Source: an uncultured Gammaproteobacteria bacterium
Lineage (GTDB): Bacteria; Patescibacteriota; Microgenomatia; JAMCZE01
Length of the DNA stretch: 58,566 nucleotides
Reading direction: 5' to 3'
NCBI GenBank assembly: GCA_964431075.1
Contig: CAYSID010000001.1
Coordinates: 1-58,566, forward strand
Shown here: in pieces, positions 26,313 to 35,418 of the stretch
Layout of the letters: each line of letters starts with the position of its first letter
Numbering within the stretch: position 1 is the first letter of the stretch
Made by a program: the position numbers and the translations under genes
The notes under the pieces: model-generated
What the model saw: the letters and a program-made list of their open reading frames with translations, nothing else
What the model was told of the DNA's origin: nothing
Database searches by the model: none

Positions 26313-27894
26313 ACTTTTGGTTTTCCTCCTTTCTTAAATAAAGAGGTATATATCCTCGTATTTTAACATGAGTTCTTGCCTGGTTGACGATGATTTCTTT
26401 AATCATGCTTAATAAGACCTTTCTTTTATCTTCAAATTCAAATTTGCCAACAGCTACGGGGACCGCTTGTACTACTTGGTCAACCGAAAGATTCGGTATT
26501 ACCTGTTGCCGTTGTTGCTTCGCTACTAATTCTAATAACTGCTTATTCAAAGATTCCCGTCTCTGTTTAATATCATCCATCAACTCCTTAAAAGATTGAA
26601 ACGTAATAAGCTCTTGTCCGTAGGCTTTGGCTTGGCGTTTTTCTTCTTCATCCAGTCGTGACAAAAGAATTTTTATATTATCAATATCCTCCTGAACACT
26701 GTTCCGCTTCTCCTTGCCATCTAGCCATCGTTCCGCTTGCTTCTGAATCAAATCTTGGGATATTAATAAGCCAATTACTTTATTCCAGACCACACCGTCA
26801 ACCCTATCTGTATTAACTCCTGCTGCCTTGCATGGAGTTTCCAAGGGATAGTGTTTCAGCCTGGCTTCACCCCGATGATACCTATTCGGATTATTCCCGC
26901 CCTCGCACCCCATCCGTTCCCCGCACTCACAAAACATCAGTCCAGACAGAAGATAATCGTGTTTTTTATTTCTTTCTGAAAACTTTGAATTCGCTTTCAG
27001 TTGTTCCTGGACCTTATAAAACGAATCGGCTTTAATAACTGGCGGAATCGGGATTGCTATCCAATCCTCTTTTGGTTTGTTCTTTCTACTGCTCTTTTTA
27101 ATCTTCTTGTATTTGTCGTGACTGAGAGGGTTCTCAGGCTCAACTGCTACACTTTTGTTGTAATATTCGTTACCAATATAAGCCTCACACCTGAATAATC
27201 TTGATAAAGTACTATTTGACCAATATCCTCTTTTGCTTTTAGGAGGCCTTATTCCTTTATCTGCAAGGCGTTTTATTACTTTTCTAATTGTCAGTTTTTC
27301 GTTTCCTACCCAATCAAACATCTGTTTAACATACCTCGCATCTTCTTTGACAATCTCGAAGTAACCTTCAGTAGTATTACCTAGTTTATCTTTTGTTTTA
27401 GGAATATAACGATAACCAAAAGGGGCGGGACCATGGACTATTTTCCCCTTTCTTGCTTTGTACAACTTTCCCCGCCTCATCTGCTCCGCAATTTTCCTTC
27501 GTTCATAATCATGGAATAGACCCATCACTCTTTGTACAAATACCTCTTCTTCACTTTCAGGGTTTATGTCATGAAGAGAGATAACTTGTTTATTCAGCCT
27601 CCCCAGTTCATCAAGTAGTATCAATTGGTTAAGAAAATCGCGAGACAACCGTCCTAAGTCATAGACATACAAAACTTCAAACTCCCCATCTATTGCTGCA
27701 TCCCGCATCCTGTCTAAATCTGGACGTTGCAATAAACCACCTGACCATCCATCATCAATAAATATCAGATTGTCAGGCAATACGCACCCATCCTGTCTTA
27801 TCCTCTCTTTTATTTCAGCTATCTGACTTTCAATTGTCTCTTCTCGTTCCTGCCTTCCTGTACTGACTCTGGCATATAAAGCTGCAATTTTCAT
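26248..27894 (-). CDS. Large serine recombinase (integrase type)
   Basis: 548 aa. Resolvase-type N-terminus KIAALYARVSTGRQ, recombinase domain, Cys cluster (CECGERMGC...C) and C-terminal coiled-coil. The last ~20 codons overlap the ychF start. Confidence 0.88.
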   Translation of the reverse strand: MKIAALYARVSTGRQEREETIESQIAEIKERIRQDGCVLPDNLIFIDDGWSGGLLQRPDLDRMRDAAIDGEFEVLYVYDLGRLSRDFLNQLILLDELGRLNKQVISLHDINPESEEEVFVQRVMGLFHDYERRKIAEQMRRGKLYKARKGKIVHGPAPFGYRYIPKTKDKLGNTTEGYFEIVKEDARYVKQMFDWVGNEKLTIRKVIKRLADKGIRPPKSKRGYWSNSTLSRLFRCEAYIGNEYYNKSVAVEPENPLSHDKYKKIKKSSRKNKPKEDWIAIPIPPVIKADSFYKVQEQLKANSKFSERNKKHDYLLSGLMFCECGERMGCEGGNNPNRYHRGEARLKHYPLETPCKAAGVNTDRVDGVVWNKVIGLLISQDLIQKQAERWLDGKEKRNSVQEDIDNIKILLSRLDEEEKRQAKAYGQELITFQSFKELMDDIKQRRESLNKQLLELVAKQQRQQVIPNLSVDQVVQAVPVAVGKFEFEDKRKVLLSMIKEIIVNQARTHVKIRGYIPLYLRKEENQKYELRSISRNRRTGQCGEVDVV

Positions 27895-27895
27895 C

Positions 27896-28078
27896 TTATT
27901 TCTTCTCCTTCTTTACTCTTATGGTTTCAATAAATTCTTTCAAGTCAGATTCTCCGATACGATACCCGCGCCCGACTCTGATTGCTTTAAGTTTCCCCAA
28001 TTTGATGTAACTAAGTGTTGTTTGCCAGTGAATTTGTAGAGCTTGTGATACTTGAGATACTGTTAAATATTTTTCCAT
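27896..28078 (-). CDS. Excisionase-family helix-turn-helix DNA-binding protein
   Basis: 60 aa. LTVSQVSQALQIHWQTTLSYIKLGKLKAIRVGRGYRI is an HTH_17/MerR-like Xis signature. Its stop lies 1 nt from the recombinase start. Confidence 0.8.
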   Translation of the reverse strand: MEKYLTVSQVSQALQIHWQTTLSYIKLGKLKAIRVGRGYRIGESDLKEFIETIRVKKEKK

Positions 28079-28136
28079 AATTTATAAACTATACTAAGCT
28101 ATACTAAATAGACTGTAACATATTCCATCTAACAAC

Positions 28137-28325
28137 TCAATACGGATAATACCCTGAAACTGTTGTTTCTACACCCGATGTGGTAGTAATTATTCCCGTT
28201 ACTGTCGTGACGAATTGCTGTGCCTTGTTGAATAACCAGCCAAATAAGTCATCAACCTTTTGACTGCTGCCGTCATCCATCGCACACTCATAAGATACTG
28301 ATAGTTCTCTCCCGATTATTTTCAT
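28137..28325 (-). CDS. Hypothetical small protein (island)
   Basis: 62-aa ORF overlapping the upstream ORF by 4 bp. T/G/V-rich C-terminus. No family recognised. Confidence 0.45.
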   Translation of the reverse strand: MKIIGRELSVSYECAMDDGSSQKVDDLFGWLFNKAQQFVTTVTGIITTTSGVETTVSGYYPY

Positions 28326-28600
28326 ATCTCCTCCCTAAAAGCTCTTAACGCATACATAAAATCAGTTTTGGTGTCATACTCCCCGTCGTTGTAAAAAATT
28401 GACCGTCTTCCTAAGCTGTCCCGCTTCCGTCCATATGTCACCCGCAAGTAGTATTTTTGACCCCTAAGCTGCCAATTCACTAAGGCTAAACTTTTCAAAA
28501 AACTGCCGTAAAAGTGGGTGGCGCACCTCTTTACCACCCGTCCGTTTATGTAAACTTTCAGAGAATAATTTACCTTGTGATTTTCTTTATGCTTTGCCAT
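28322..28600 (-). CDS. Hypothetical basic protein (island)
   Basis: The ORF track gives 28322..28624. The ATG at 28600 (MAKHKENHK...) overlaps the stop of the RHH ORF. No family recognised. Confidence 0.5.
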   Translation of the reverse strand: MAKHKENHKVNYSLKVYINGRVVKRCATHFYGSFLKSLALVNWQLRGQKYYLRVTYGRKRDSLGRRSIFYNDGEYDTKTDFMYALRAFREEI

Positions 28601-28766
28601 ACTTTTTAGTGAAATACTCGGCAAAGGACAATTCCTCGCCAGAGTTCAACCACTCATCAATAATTTTTTCAGCTAAGGCCCTAATCGTCAGGCGTTCTTC
28701 CCGCGCCATCTGTTTGAGCTGTTTATGTAACTCTTGGTTTAACCTGATTAGTTTTGAATCCCGCAT
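28587..28766 (-). CDS. Ribbon-helix-helix (CopG/Arc-like) DNA-binding protein; not in the ORF track (59 aa)
   Basis: Hand translation: MRDSKLIRLNQELHKQLKQMAREERLTIRALAEKIIDEWLNSGEELSFAEYFTKKYGKA*. It shows the beta-strand plus two-helix RHH pattern. No obvious SD sequence. Confidence 0.5.
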   Translation of the reverse strand: MRDSKLIRLNQELHKQLKQMAREERLTIRALAEKIIDEWLNSGEELSFAEYFTKKYGKA

Positions 28767-29080
28767 ATTGATTGGGTTTGATACATGGGGTTTACCCTAT
28801 ATATCTTTCCCCTCCCTCCCAAACCATTCCTGCCAATCTTCTAGCCAGTCCTGCCGAATCAGTTTTATCTTTCTATTTAGTGTTTCCTTTTTTCTTACCT
28901 AGGTCCCCAGTCAGAATCTTGTCTGACTCAAAGGGTTTATCTCTTATTAACCTCCTGGCTCGTACCCGATTCGTATAGGCTGGTAGTGAGTTGGCTGACT
29001 GTAAAAACTTTTTGTTCGGAAACCTGAAATTGCTTTCAGGAAAAGCTGGCCCGTCAGCGGTCTCCTATCCTTTAAGCCAC

Positions 29081-29113
29081 AAAAAAATCCGACGCAAAAA
29101 ATTGCAGTCGGAT
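29081..29113 (-). terminator. Rho-independent terminator (minus strand)
   Basis: Minus strand reads ATCCGAC-T-GCA ATTTTT TGC GTCGGAT followed by TTTTTTT: a 10-bp stem with one bulge, then a U7 tail. Confidence 0.7.
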
Positions 29114-29246
29114 TAACAAGAAGGTTCAAAAACCTATGTTTCCCTTGTGACTAATTCCAGATTAACACCAACTATTTACCTGTCAACTCAAAAGATAGAC
29201 ATCAAAATAGGTCAGAAGTAGTCAATTTTGTTATTATTTGTTTATT

Positions 29247-29768
29247 ATGCTGAAATACGACTGGTTTAAATTAAAAAATTCCTATATCACAGGCGACTGG
29301 TTAAGTGTTAGTAATTTTCTGAAAACTCAAGGAATTAAAAACAACTCACGGACTAGGACCTCGACAAAAGGATGGAACAAGGCCAGGGTTGAATATCTCA
29401 AAAAAGTAATTTCTCAAACTCAACAAAAAGCTATTGAATCAGAAACGGACATACGGCTAAGACAACAACAGGAAGCCAAACTCCTTCAAAGAAAAGGAAT
29501 AGAAAAACTCGATAAACTCGAAATTAGAACAGTTGAAGAAGCTAGAAGATTAATTACATCTGGATTAGAGGAAGAAAAACTCGCACTCGGCATGGACCAA
29601 AAGACTGCTACCCAAGTTAATATCCAACCAACCGCAAAAACCGAACTGGATAAACTAATTGAGAGGGCTAGTTTTGAAGAGTTACTGTTGATGATTGCCG
29701 AACTAAAACGCTTCAATCAAAACCTCCTCTCTACGTCGAGAGATAACAGCGATGACGTGACATCATAG
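29247..29768 (+). CDS. Hypothetical protein, possibly phage small-terminase/HTH-like
   Basis: 173 aa from the ATG at 29247. N-terminus W.KLKNSYITGDWLSVSNFLKTQGI...KGWNKAR followed by a long coiled-coil. The resemblance is recalled from memory, not tested. Confidence 0.5.
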   Translation: MLKYDWFKLKNSYITGDWLSVSNFLKTQGIKNNSRTRTSTKGWNKARVEYLKKVISQTQQKAIESETDIRLRQQQEAKLLQRKGIEKLDKLEIRTVEEARRLITSGLEEEKLALGMDQKTATQVNIQPTAKTELDKLIERASFEELLLMIAELKRFNQNLLSTSRDNSDDVTS

Positions 29769-29972
29769 TGACACGACAAAGGCTTATTTTGAATAATTAT
29801 TAAGACGTTCAAGCCAAGAAGTGGTAGATTGCTCTCGTTCAAAGCGCGCTTCCCGTAAGACGCTCCCCCCTGTTTCAAAAATCTATTTTACAAGCTCACA
29901 AAGAGGCATCGTAGACACTTCGTTTGTGGGAATAATTTTATAAAGAGAGATACTTATCTATCCTTAAATCAA

Positions 29973-31190
29973 CTAAGGCCTGGAGACATAATAGCCATAA
30001 AGATGAGATTTACAAATTTCCCCCCCACTTGTTTCGACACCACCACTGATACTTACTATTACTGCGATGCTGGGAATTGAAGATGGAGTATCAGCTTTAA
30101 TTTTATCTACATCTGCCTTTTTAACCTTGATAACAAAGGCATCTTGATAACTTCCTTTCTTTGAAGAATCAATATTTACATCGAAATTGGTAATTGAAAA
30201 ATAAGTGCTGGGTATTTTTTGCGGATTGCCAGAAACTTCAATCTTGGATTTATCTATCGTTTGTTGCTTCAAGGTTTTGTCAGTTCTTTGGGTAATAACC
30301 ATGTTACCTTCCTCATCTATGGTTGAATCCCAATAAGTACCGCGGTTGTTACTATCTGGGCGCGGGTAACAATAAGTTGTAGGTAAATTCTGTCCACCCG
30401 ATGTACCGCCAGTGATTGTAATCGTGGCAATAACTGTCAATATATTTTTATAATCGTTTGACCGACTTTCAACTGAATAGGGATAGGTAAAATAATACAT
30501 CTTATCTCCTTGAGGAAGAAGGAAAAATACTCGTTTTTCAACATAATCAGAACCTCTCCATGCCCCAAAATTAGTAACAATCTTTAAGAAAGTCTTATTA
30601 TTGAGAACTACATCACTTACTGAAATAGTATGTTTTGAAATTTCCTGGACCGTATAATCCCAATCAATAGTCTTGTAAAAAGCGTCGCGCCTTGACCCAC
30701 CTTCATAAGCAAAATAGTAAAAATCAAGTATTTTTTGTCCTGCGCTATCGAGCAAATAAGAACCCGCTGCAAAATTACCCGTCCCAAAACCACGGTTTGA
30801 ATTATACTTTGCAGTATATAGGGGAGGGTAATTTATTGTTATACCCGCTTCAGAGTCTGAATATTTTTGCCACCCTTGAGGAACCGTATAAGTAGTCGAC
30901 TTTTTTTGTGTAGGTTCTATATCTGGATTTGAAGGTTCGGGACTTACTCGAACAGGTGCTGGGGTATTTTCGGCGATTGAATTAGGAGGAGTAGGAGAAG
31001 GTAACAAAGAACTAACTCCCCGTTTCTTACCAATTTGAATACCTGCAACAACAGCACCAGATATTATCACTATAACTGTAAGGGCAACTACTGAAATTAT
31101 TAACCATCTCGGACGATTATTTATCGTCTCGTTGATGGGTGAAGAGCTTGTTGCTTCTTGCTTTGGTTCTATTTTTATCTCTTCTTGCAT
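29973..31190 (-). CDS. Membrane-anchored hypothetical protein with Pro-rich linker
   Basis: 405 aa. N-terminal TM helix (WLIISVVALTVIVIISGAVVAGI), P/S-rich spacer, large extracytoplasmic domain. No family recognised. Confidence 0.6.
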   Translation of the reverse strand: MQEEIKIEPKQEATSSSPINETINNRPRWLIISVVALTVIVIISGAVVAGIQIGKKRGVSSLLPSPTPPNSIAENTPAPVRVSPEPSNPDIEPTQKKSTTYTVPQGWQKYSDSEAGITINYPPLYTAKYNSNRGFGTGNFAAGSYLLDSAGQKILDFYYFAYEGGSRRDAFYKTIDWDYTVQEISKHTISVSDVVLNNKTFLKIVTNFGAWRGSDYVEKRVFFLLPQGDKMYYFTYPYSVESRSNDYKNILTVIATITITGGTSGGQNLPTTYCYPRPDSNNRGTYWDSTIDEEGNMVITQRTDKTLKQQTIDKSKIEVSGNPQKIPSTYFSITNFDVNIDSSKKGSYQDAFVIKVKKADVDKIKADTPSSIPSIAVIVSISGGVETSGGEICKSHLYGYYVSRP

Positions 31191-31400
31191 ATTTATGTAA
31201 ATCTAGTAAATCACTTTTGTTTTTAATTGCAAATAATTAAAAGTAGTTTGGGACCTGAGACTGCTTTATCCTACCCCAGCCATCCCGCATGGCAATTATC
31301 CGCGCCTTCTTAGCCTTGGGAATACGGGCGATAATCTCAAAAGGTAGCTTTGCGTTCCCACTATCCCTACTTGCAACATAATTTGTATTATACTTAATTT

Positions 31401-31942
31401 ATGAAAATTTTTATCCCCATTATTTTGATTGCCATCCTTTCCCTTACCTCCCTAAACACCCTGAATTCCCTGATCGTCTCTGAAGTCGTTGACGGCGACA
31501 CGTTTTCCTTGTTAATCTTAAACAAACCGGTGATTTTAAGAGAAGAAAAACTGGAAAAATACGGCCGAAAAATGGCTCTCGTTTATTTACTTGACGGGGT
31601 TTTAATAAATAAAGTTATGATGGAAGAAGGTTTTGGCCGCCCGGATTACAGAGAAAATTCCCAAAGGGGAAATTTAACCGCCGCCTTTCACGAAGCAAAA
31701 AATAATAATCGCGGTCTATGGTCGCTTGTATAATCTCCCCGGAAGACCCTAAACCCCCTAAAATCCCTGACTGCAATATCAAAGGCAACATTGATTTTCA
31801 AACTTACGAAAAATTTTATCACTTGCCTGGTTGCAAACATTACGGTCAGACGAGTTTAAACCTGGCATACGGTGACAAGTGGTTTTGTTTGGAAAAAGAA
31901 GCCCGCGCCGCCGGTTTCCAAAAAGCCTCTGCCTGCCCCTGA
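31401..31942 (+). pseudogene. Thermonuclease (SNase-like) gene, frameshifted and internally deleted
   Basis: ORF 31401..31733 (VVDGDTF...YGRKMALVYLLDG..INKVMMEEGF...NRGLWS) lacks the central catalytic segment. The Cys-rich C-terminal module (CNIKGNI...YHLPGC...WFC.EKEARAAGF) continues in another frame from 31718. Confidence 0.65.
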
Positions 31943-32015
31943 TCCCCAAATCCCCCCAACTTCCCTAAACTTCCCAATCATGTTATTCTATTTTTCGGAA
32001 ATGGGGTGATAAATA

Positions 32016-32390
32016 ATGACAGGATTTTGTCAAAATATTGAAGAAGCAACTTCAGCTAATGAAAACTTTCGGCAGGTATTGTTTACCGGCCGACACGCGC
32101 AGTTGGTTGTTATGTGTTTGCAACCCGGCGAGGAAATTGGTATGGAAACCCATGACACCGTTGATCAATTTTTTCGGGTTGAAGCCGGAACGGCAAAGTT
32201 TGTATTGAACGGGGAAGAAAAAACGGCGACTGACGGCTTTGCGGTCATTGTTCCCGCGGGCGTCCAACATAATGTCGTAAATCTTGGGGCGGACAAATTA
32301 AAATTATATACCGTTTATTCACCGCCAAATCACCCGCCGGGGACGGTCCATCAGACCAAGGCCGAGGCTGACGCCGCGGAGCGCAACTAA
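32016..32390 (+). CDS. Cupin-domain protein
   Basis: 124 aa. G.E...ETH....Q.F.V..G......NGEE......G..V.VPAG..HNV.N pattern. Confidence 0.75.
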   Translation: MTGFCQNIEEATSANENFRQVLFTGRHAQLVVMCLQPGEEIGMETHDTVDQFFRVEAGTAKFVLNGEEKTATDGFAVIVPAGVQHNVVNLGADKLKLYTVYSPPNHPPGTVHQTKAEADAAERN

Positions 32391-33295
32391 TTAACCGTTT
32401 GAAAATAATCATAAACGGCACGAGAGACCTGGGCGATTCTTTCTTCGGCCCCAAAAGGAGAGTTAGACTCGGACATAACCACAATTAAATAATCCCCATT
32501 GGGAGTGTAAACAATGCCGGCGTCGTGTTTGAAGCCATAAATTTCTCCGGTTTTATGTGCCACCTTGATCCCCGCCGGCAAATATTTCGGCAGGCCATCA
32601 TTAAGTTTATTGCGGGACATGACTTCGATCAATTTTTCGGAAATTAATTCGTCGCCAATTTTGTGGTTATACAACTGCTCTAAAAATATTTCCATATCAG
32701 CGGCGGTAGTTTGCGGTTTTATTTTAAATGTTGAGTTTTTAAGGCCAAATTCGTCCAGGATTTTTTCTATCCGATCGTATCCCCCGATGTTTTTGAGAAG
32801 CGTCAGAGCGGTATAATTATGAGAAATAGTGATTGTTTGCTCGACCAGTTGTCTTACCGTCATATTTATCGTCCCATGACTCAATTCCTGATCCGCCGGA
32901 GCGATAGAAAAATAAGAATTAATGCCGGGAATTGATTCGGTTAGAACCTGATTTTCATCCAGTTTACCATCACGAATATCCTCGTAGACGGCGGTCACTA
33001 ACCAAGACTTGTATAATGAGGCCGCGTGCATAAGCTCATTTTCGTTTTGAGCGAAATAGGTTTTGGTTTTTAAATTTTTAACCACCACCGCATACTTGCC
33101 CGTCGTTTCCTCCAGAGCTTTCTCCACCACTTTTTTTAATTGTTCATTTTTATTGGGAAATAATTTTGGAGGAGGAGGGACGACATAGTTGGCCGGAACC
33201 GGGGAAATAAATTCGTGAGGGACAGGAGTAATCAATTGATTGATAACTACAAGTATCGAAGCCAAAGTTGCGGTCACCTGATTCATGCCCCTCAT
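32387..33295 (-). CDS. Serine hydrolase, class A beta-lactamase-like fold
   Basis: 302 aa. SxxK (ASLYKS) and KTG (AHKTGE) motifs, N-terminal hydrophobic anchor. Confidence 0.7.
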   Translation of the reverse strand: MRGMNQVTATLASILVVINQLITPVPHEFISPVPANYVVPPPPKLFPNKNEQLKKVVEKALEETTGKYAVVVKNLKTKTYFAQNENELMHAASLYKSWLVTAVYEDIRDGKLDENQVLTESIPGINSYFSIAPADQELSHGTINMTVRQLVEQTITISHNYTALTLLKNIGGYDRIEKILDEFGLKNSTFKIKPQTTAADMEIFLEQLYNHKIGDELISEKLIEVMSRNKLNDGLPKYLPAGIKVAHKTGEIYGFKHDAGIVYTPNGDYLIVVMSESNSPFGAEERIAQVSRAVYDYFQTVN

Positions 33296-33306
33296 TATAA
33301 CTCAGA

Positions 33307-33675
33307 CTATTCCCCCAAATACTCCTTGATTTTGGAGGCGACGGCGGAAATGGAGATGTTGGTCTTTACCCAGTAATCATTGGCGCCGAGTTCCAGGGCT
33401 TTTTTCCGGTCCTCCTCCTGCGACAGGCTGGAAAGAATTATAATCGGGATATGACGAAACTCATTTATTGCCCGCAAGGCCTTAATCGTGGCAAATCCGT
33501 CCTTACCGGGCATGACCATATCCAAAAGAAAAATATCCGGCTTTCGGATTTTAGCTTCCTCAATGGCCTTATCCCCATCCATTACAACGGTAACATCGTA
33601 GCCGAGATTGCCAAGCTTTACCTTATAAACATTGGCGTAGAATTTGTCGTCTTCGGCAACAATTATGTATTTCAT
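33307..33675 (-). CDS. Response regulator, receiver domain only
   Basis: The ATG at 33675 (MKYIIVAEDD...) lies 5 nt after the kinase stop. Phospho-acceptor context IFLLDMVMPG and a conserved K later. Confidence 0.85.
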   Translation of the reverse strand: MKYIIVAEDDKFYANVYKVKLGNLGYDVTVVMDGDKAIEEAKIRKPDIFLLDMVMPGKDGFATIKALRAINEFRHIPIIILSSLSQEEDRKKALELGANDYWVKTNISISAVASKIKEYLGE

Positions 33676-33679
33676 GTCA

Positions 33680-34789
33680 TCATTGTACCACAACCGGCAA
33701 CTTGAAATAAAAGGTAGAACCCTGCCCTTCCTGACTGTTAAACCAAAGCCTGCCGCCCCATGATTCAACGTAGGCCTTGACAACGTATAGTCCCAATCCC
33801 GACCCTTCCGTCTGACTCCTTATGGCATTGCCCGCCCGAAAAAACCGGTCAAACAGCCGGCCTTGTTCGGATTCGGGAATACCAATTCCGGTATCGCTGA
33901 CTGAAAACTGGACTTCTCTATTATCGCCGTCAACCTCAATTTTTATCTCCCCGCCGTCCGGTGTGTATTTTATGGCGTTACTTATTAGATTTTCGATAAC
34001 TTCCCGCAACCTTTTGGGGTCAATATAAATTTTGGGGGCCACGCTGTGATTATTAATCTCCAATTTCTGCGACTTTTTATTTGCCAAAACTTCAAGTTCA
34101 GTCCCTATTTTGACTACCAGGGCGGCAAAGTCTGTCAGTTCCGGATTATTCGGGATCCGTCCCTGCTCGATCCGGGACACATCCAAAAGATTGTTAACAA
34201 GCTCAATCATTCTCCCGTTGCTTTCATAAATTTCTTTTATCCCCATAAGAGCTTTGTCTGGAATCACGCCGTATTCCCCATCGATTATCATTTCCAAATT
34301 CCAGCGCATGCTCCCAAGCGGGGTCCGCAACTGATGGGAAGAGATGGCAATAAAATCGGATTTGGCTTTTTCCGATTCAATCTGCCGGGTAACATCCACA
34401 AAAGCGATTGTGGCCCCGATAACCGCTCCGTTATAAATTATTGAGGAGGTCGTTAATTCCGCCGGAAATTTTGTCCCGTTTTTTCTCACTATGTAGTAGT
34501 TCGTGGTTTTCTTGCCGGTCGCCAAAACATTTAAAACCGACCCCTCATCAAATATCTCCGAAATTCCCGGGGTCTCCATTACCTCCATCTGCAATACCTC
34601 GGTAAATATCCGTCCCACCATTTCCTCCTGGCCCCACCCCAACATTTCACAGGCAGCGTTATTAACCAAACTTATTTTACCCATCTGTCCGGTCACGATA
34701 AGCCCGTTGCCGACGCTTTGCAGAATTGCTTCAAGTCGGGCGGTTTCTCCTAAAAACTTGAGCGGCGACAAAGCTATTTTTTTTGCCAT
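33680..34789 (-). CDS. Cytoplasmic PAS-domain sensor histidine kinase
   Basis: 369 aa. PAS region, H-box SHQLRTPLGSM, N-box NLISNAIKYT, G-boxes DTGIGI and GSGLGL. No TM segment. Confidence 0.88.
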   Translation of the reverse strand: MAKKIALSPLKFLGETARLEAILQSVGNGLIVTGQMGKISLVNNAACEMLGWGQEEMVGRIFTEVLQMEVMETPGISEIFDEGSVLNVLATGKKTTNYYIVRKNGTKFPAELTTSSIIYNGAVIGATIAFVDVTRQIESEKAKSDFIAISSHQLRTPLGSMRWNLEMIIDGEYGVIPDKALMGIKEIYESNGRMIELVNNLLDVSRIEQGRIPNNPELTDFAALVVKIGTELEVLANKKSQKLEINNHSVAPKIYIDPKRLREVIENLISNAIKYTPDGGEIKIEVDGDNREVQFSVSDTGIGIPESEQGRLFDRFFRAGNAIRSQTEGSGLGLYVVKAYVESWGGRLWFNSQEGQGSTFYFKLPVVVQ

Positions 34790-34797
34790 ATCTTTAT

Positions 34798-35418
34798 TTA
34801 CTCCGTCACAATCCTTATTCTGGCAGAGTCAAGAACGGCGGTTCCTATTTGGTTATAGAGCTGAACCCGGTAGTTGCGGTTTCCGGGTTGAAGAAACATT
34901 GGGGTAGACAGGGTAACATCTGTTCCCGATTGCGTTTTTAGTATTTCACCATAATAAAATGGTAAGGTCGTTTCGACAAGTTTAGCTCGCACCTCCCCTT
35001 GAGCGTTGGGAATGTGCATGACAACTTCAAAATAGACGGCTTTTAACCCTGGATAGTTTTCTGAATTTATCGACGCCTGCGCGCTCGGAATATCAACCCA
35101 CTTGTCGGTTTCGGTGATTGCCCCCCCTCCAAGGGTGACAATAAATTCCTTCGGCTGCGGTTTTGGAGACGACAATGGAGCGGCCACTTTCTGAATTATT
35201 GTTGTAGCGGTATGGCTGGCTGCCGGAAACTCAATTTGGGCAATTTTTTTATCAACCAACCTTTCAACATCAGCCATCACCACGAGGTTCTCATTCTTGT
35301 TTTGGAGCGCCGTTATCTTCTTATCCTGTTGATATACTAAATAGCCTAAAATGGCGGTTGAGGACAAAACAAAACAAACAAAAACAACCTTAAGAAATCT
35401 TTGGATCGCTGACATCAT
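34798..35418 (-). CDS. Membrane-anchored hypothetical protein
   Basis: 206 aa, single N-terminal TM helix. No family recognised. Confidence 0.55.
   Translation of the reverse strand: MMSAIQRFLKVVFVCFVLSSTAILGYLVYQQDKKITALQNKNENLVVMADVERLVDKKIAQIEFPAASHTATTIIQKVAAPLSSPKPQPKEFIVTLGGGAITETDKWVDIPSAQASINSENYPGLKAVYFEVVMHIPNAQGEVRAKLVETTLPFYYGEILKTQSGTDVTLSTPMFLQPGNRNYRVQLYNQIGTAVLDSARIRIVTE

Larger units (their letters stand above)
26248..31240. mobile_element. Integrated element: degraded prophage or phage-satellite-like island (serine integrase, Xis-like HTH, RHH, unknown small ORFs, TerS-like ORF, cargo membrane protein)
   Basis: Gene content as listed. The recombinase ORF overlaps the ychF start by 65 bp. 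The region looks more AT-rich by eye. The right boundary is not defined by sequence and is only a guess. Confidence 0.5.

Noticed and set aside
29769-29972. The GGTAGA…/…CGCTCCCCCC stretch examined as a possible tRNA fragment or att site at the far side of the TerS-like ORF.
   Set aside because: No cloverleaf, T-loop (GGTTCGA) or acceptor pairing could be built, and no repeat of ychF-proximal sequence was found. Serine-integrase att sites would not be expected to leave long direct repeats anyway.
31237-31398. A 53-codon open frame on the minus strand (IKYNTNYVASRDSGNAKLPFEIIARIPKAKKARIIAMRDGWGRIKQSQVPNYF*) between the 405-aa ORF and the SNase gene. It could be a gene remnant marking the island boundary.
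   Set aside because: It has no ATG/GTG/TTG start after the preceding stop and no recognisable family. It is too short to call. It is worth a BLAST, but I do not report it as a feature.
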